From assembly GCA_030264375.1 (NCBI GenBank), contig JASCQW010000098.1:78917065-78981064 (forward strand): DNA of 64,000 bases, given 5' to 3'. Below, one piece after another: positions 61,598-64,000 of the stretch. Source of the stretch: Carcharhinus longimanus (Eukaryota). Each line of letters opens with the position of its first letter. The first letter of the stretch is position 1. The position numbers and the translations under genes were made by a program. The notes under the pieces were generated by a model. That model saw only the letters and a program-made list of their open reading frames with translations. It searched no databases and had not been told where the DNA came from.

Positions 61598-62855
61598 CAC
61601 ATAGAACAGAACAGCACAGGCCCTTCGGTCCCCAGTGCTGTGCCAAGCCATGTCCGAACCCAAGATCAAGCTATTCACTCCATCATTCTGGTGTGCTCCA
61701 TGTGCCTATCTAATAACCGCTTGAAAGTTCCTAAAGTGTCTGACTCCACTATCACAGTAGGCAGGTGCATTCCACACTCCAAACACTGAGTAAAGAATCT
61801 ACCTTGGACATTCCTCCTACATCTCCCACAATGAACCTATGGTCATGCCCCCTAGTAGCAGCTACATCTACTGAGGAAAAAGTCTCTGCACGTCCGTTCT
61901 ATCCCCCTCATCATCTTATAAACCTCCAAGTCACCTCTCATCCCCCTCCACTCTAAAGAGAAAAGCCCCAGCTCCCTCAACCTTTCCTCAAGACCTACCC
62001 TCCAAAACAGGCAGCATCCTGGTAAATCTCCTCTGCACTCTCTCCAATGCTTCCACATCCTTCTTATAGTGAGGTGACCAGAACNNNNNNNNNNNNNNNN
62101 NNNNNNNNNNNNNNNNNNNNNNNNNNNNNNNNNNNNNNNNNNNNNNNNNNNNNNNNNNNNNNNNNNNNNNNNNNNNNNNNNNNNNNNNNNNNNNNNNNNN
62201 NNNNNNNNNNNNNNNNNNNNNNNNNNNNNNNNNNNNNNNNNNNNNNNNNNNNNNNNNNNNNNNNNNNNNNNNNNNNNNNNNNNNNNNNNNNNNNNNNNNN
62301 NNNNNNNNNNNNNNNNNNNNNNNNNNNNNNNNNNNNNNNNNNNNNNNNNNNNNNNNNNNNNNNNNNNNNNNNNNNNNNNNNNNNNNNNNNNNNNNNNNNN
62401 NNNNNNNNNNNNNNNNNNNNNNNNNNNNNNNNNNNNNNNNNNNNNNNNNNNNNNNNNNNNNNNNNNNNNNNNNNNNNNNNNNNNNNNNNNNNNNNNNNNN
62501 NNNNNNNNNNNNNNNNNNNNNNNNNNNNNNNNNNNNNNNNNNNNNNNNNNNNNNNNNNNNNNNNNNNNNNNNNNNNNNNNNNNNNNNNNNNNNNNNNNNN
62601 NNNNCCACACCTCCTTACTTTCTTCATGAGCCTACCATGGGGAACCTTAAACACCTTACTAAAATCCATGTATACAACATTAACTACTCTACCTTCATCT
62701 ACACACTCAGTTACCTCCTCAAAGAAATCAAATTTGTGAGGCAGAACCTACCCCTCTCAAAACCACACTGACTATCCTGGATGAAAACTGCATCTTTCCA
62801 ACTGGTCATAAATCCTATCTCTCAGGACCCTTTCCATTAACTTACCGACCACCGA
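61598..62855 (-). mobile_element. CR1-type LINE 3' fragment (spans a gap)
   Basis: MDFSKVFKVPHGRLMKKVR and FWSPHYKKDVEALERVQRRFTRMLP on the minus strand; tail catagaacagaacagcacaggcccttcgg on +. Confidence 0.9.
62085..62604. other. Assembly gap (other gaps at 3381-3480, 5086-5185, 20327-20336, 23439-23458, 60675-60774)
   Basis: Runs of N. Confidence 1.
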
Positions 62856-63003
62856 AGTATATTCATGCAAAATCCTAAGTCCCAAGTCTTAAGATGTTAA
62901 GCATAAACTGAACATATTGACCCAATACTCAAACTGTAAACCACTAACACAGCAGTAATAATTTAAAAATCAAAATTCACTTAAATATGCCTTAATAGGT
63001 TGT

Positions 63004-63319
63004 GGGCAGCATGGTGAAACAGTGGTTAGCACTGTTGCCTCACAGCACCAGGGACCCTAGTTCAATTCCCAGCTTGGGTCACTGTGGAATCTGCATGTTC
63101 TCCGTGTCTGCATGGGTTTCCTCTGGGTGCTCGTTTCCTCCCACAGTCCAAAGATGTGTGGGTTAAGTGGACTGGCTGTGCTAAAATTGCCCCTTAGCGT
63201 CAAGTGGATTAGCTAGGGTAAATGCATAGGATTATGGGGATAGATCTTGGGTGGGTTTGTGGTTGGTGTAGACTCGATGGGCCGAATGGCCTCATTCTGC
63301 ACTACGGGGATTCTATGAT
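63004..63319 (+). mobile_element. HE1-type V-SINE
   Basis: gggcagcatggtgaaacagtggttagcactgttgcctcacagcaccagggacc...gggccgaatggcc...gggattctatg. Confidence 0.9.
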
Positions 63320-64000
63320 TTATTTGAAACGCCACTTAAAACCTAGGGACATTTATGCTTCAATGATATTCTTAAAACTACTTAAAAACATGGCTCCAAA
63401 ATGTTTGTTATGTAACACTTCTGTCCTGCTGTACTCAAGGAAAACACCCATTGTCCTTCACATTTTAAATGTTAAGAATTTAAGGCCTTCTCTTTCAGCA
63501 ATTCTCAACTCCATTAATAGGTGTTCTTGACAGGAAAATGAAACCATATCTTTGTACCTCCGACATTTTAGCAACTTTAGACAGAACAAATGCAGGGTTA
63601 CAATAAAATTCCTTCTCATTGCCTACCAGATACCATGGAAAATAAATCGAGGTCATCCTCACGTAATTCACATAGCTATTCAGGCTACTGCAGCCAAGTT
63701 TTCATCTGAAGTGTCAGGAGACTTAAAAATACTTTAGAATGTCATTGAATATCCTGGCAACCAAACTAAAGTAGTGAGGGGAGGGGGAAATTTAAGGCTT
63801 TTCTTGGGTTCTCTTATATAGAAAGGAAAGTGAACAGAGTTTGATCATATTCCATAGACAATTCCTTTTGTGTAATATTTCAGAGGTTAATAAAGTTTGC
63901 ATACACTATTTTACATATTGTTATTACAGTATAATGTTGGAATTTTACTCTTTGTTGCTATTTGGATGTCCACCATAACACATTGTTAAAAGTATTCACA

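Noticed and set aside
61852-62739. Long ORFs of 200-250 aa in the ORF track
   Set aside because: They read through N runs; the real sequence is CR1 RT debris.
37143-64000. Orthologue of the human main first exon (MFSQVPRT...VTKIQQ)
   Set aside because: Not found by eye in this window; it probably lies further upstream.
1-64000. CRISPR arrays, operons or other prokaryotic systems
   Set aside because: The sequence is an intron-rich vertebrate locus with no regularly spaced repeat-spacer array.

Overview
Vertebrate genomic DNA, almost certainly from a shark (HE1/V-SINEs, CR1/HER1-type LINEs, Deu-domain SINEs, Penelope-derived palindromes). The minus strand carries the 5' half of a STARD13 (DLC2, SAM-RhoGAP-START) gene: six phase-compatible coding exons (31473-31544, 25301-25382, 17728-17791, 8596-9974, 5684-5863, 1038-1197). 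A probable short first exon at 37106-37142 (MPKEPGSIMILP/K) mirrors the DLC1 isoform-2 N-terminus. The gene continues beyond position 1. The introns and upstream region hold SINE, LINE and Penelope fragments plus decayed Harbinger, Tigger/pogo and probable hAT transposons. The most unexpected signal is a decayed, intron-containing coiled-coil + BEN-domain (BEND5-like) gene at about 58.96-61.33 kb, next to a short-repeat array resembling transposon subterminal repeats. Other notable items: a duplicated ~190-bp element near the first exon, inverted SINEs bracketing exon 3, a 20-nt micro-inversion inside a SINE, and hammerhead-like Penelope hairpins. Family assignments come from recalled motifs, not database searches. 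Repeat boundaries are approximate.
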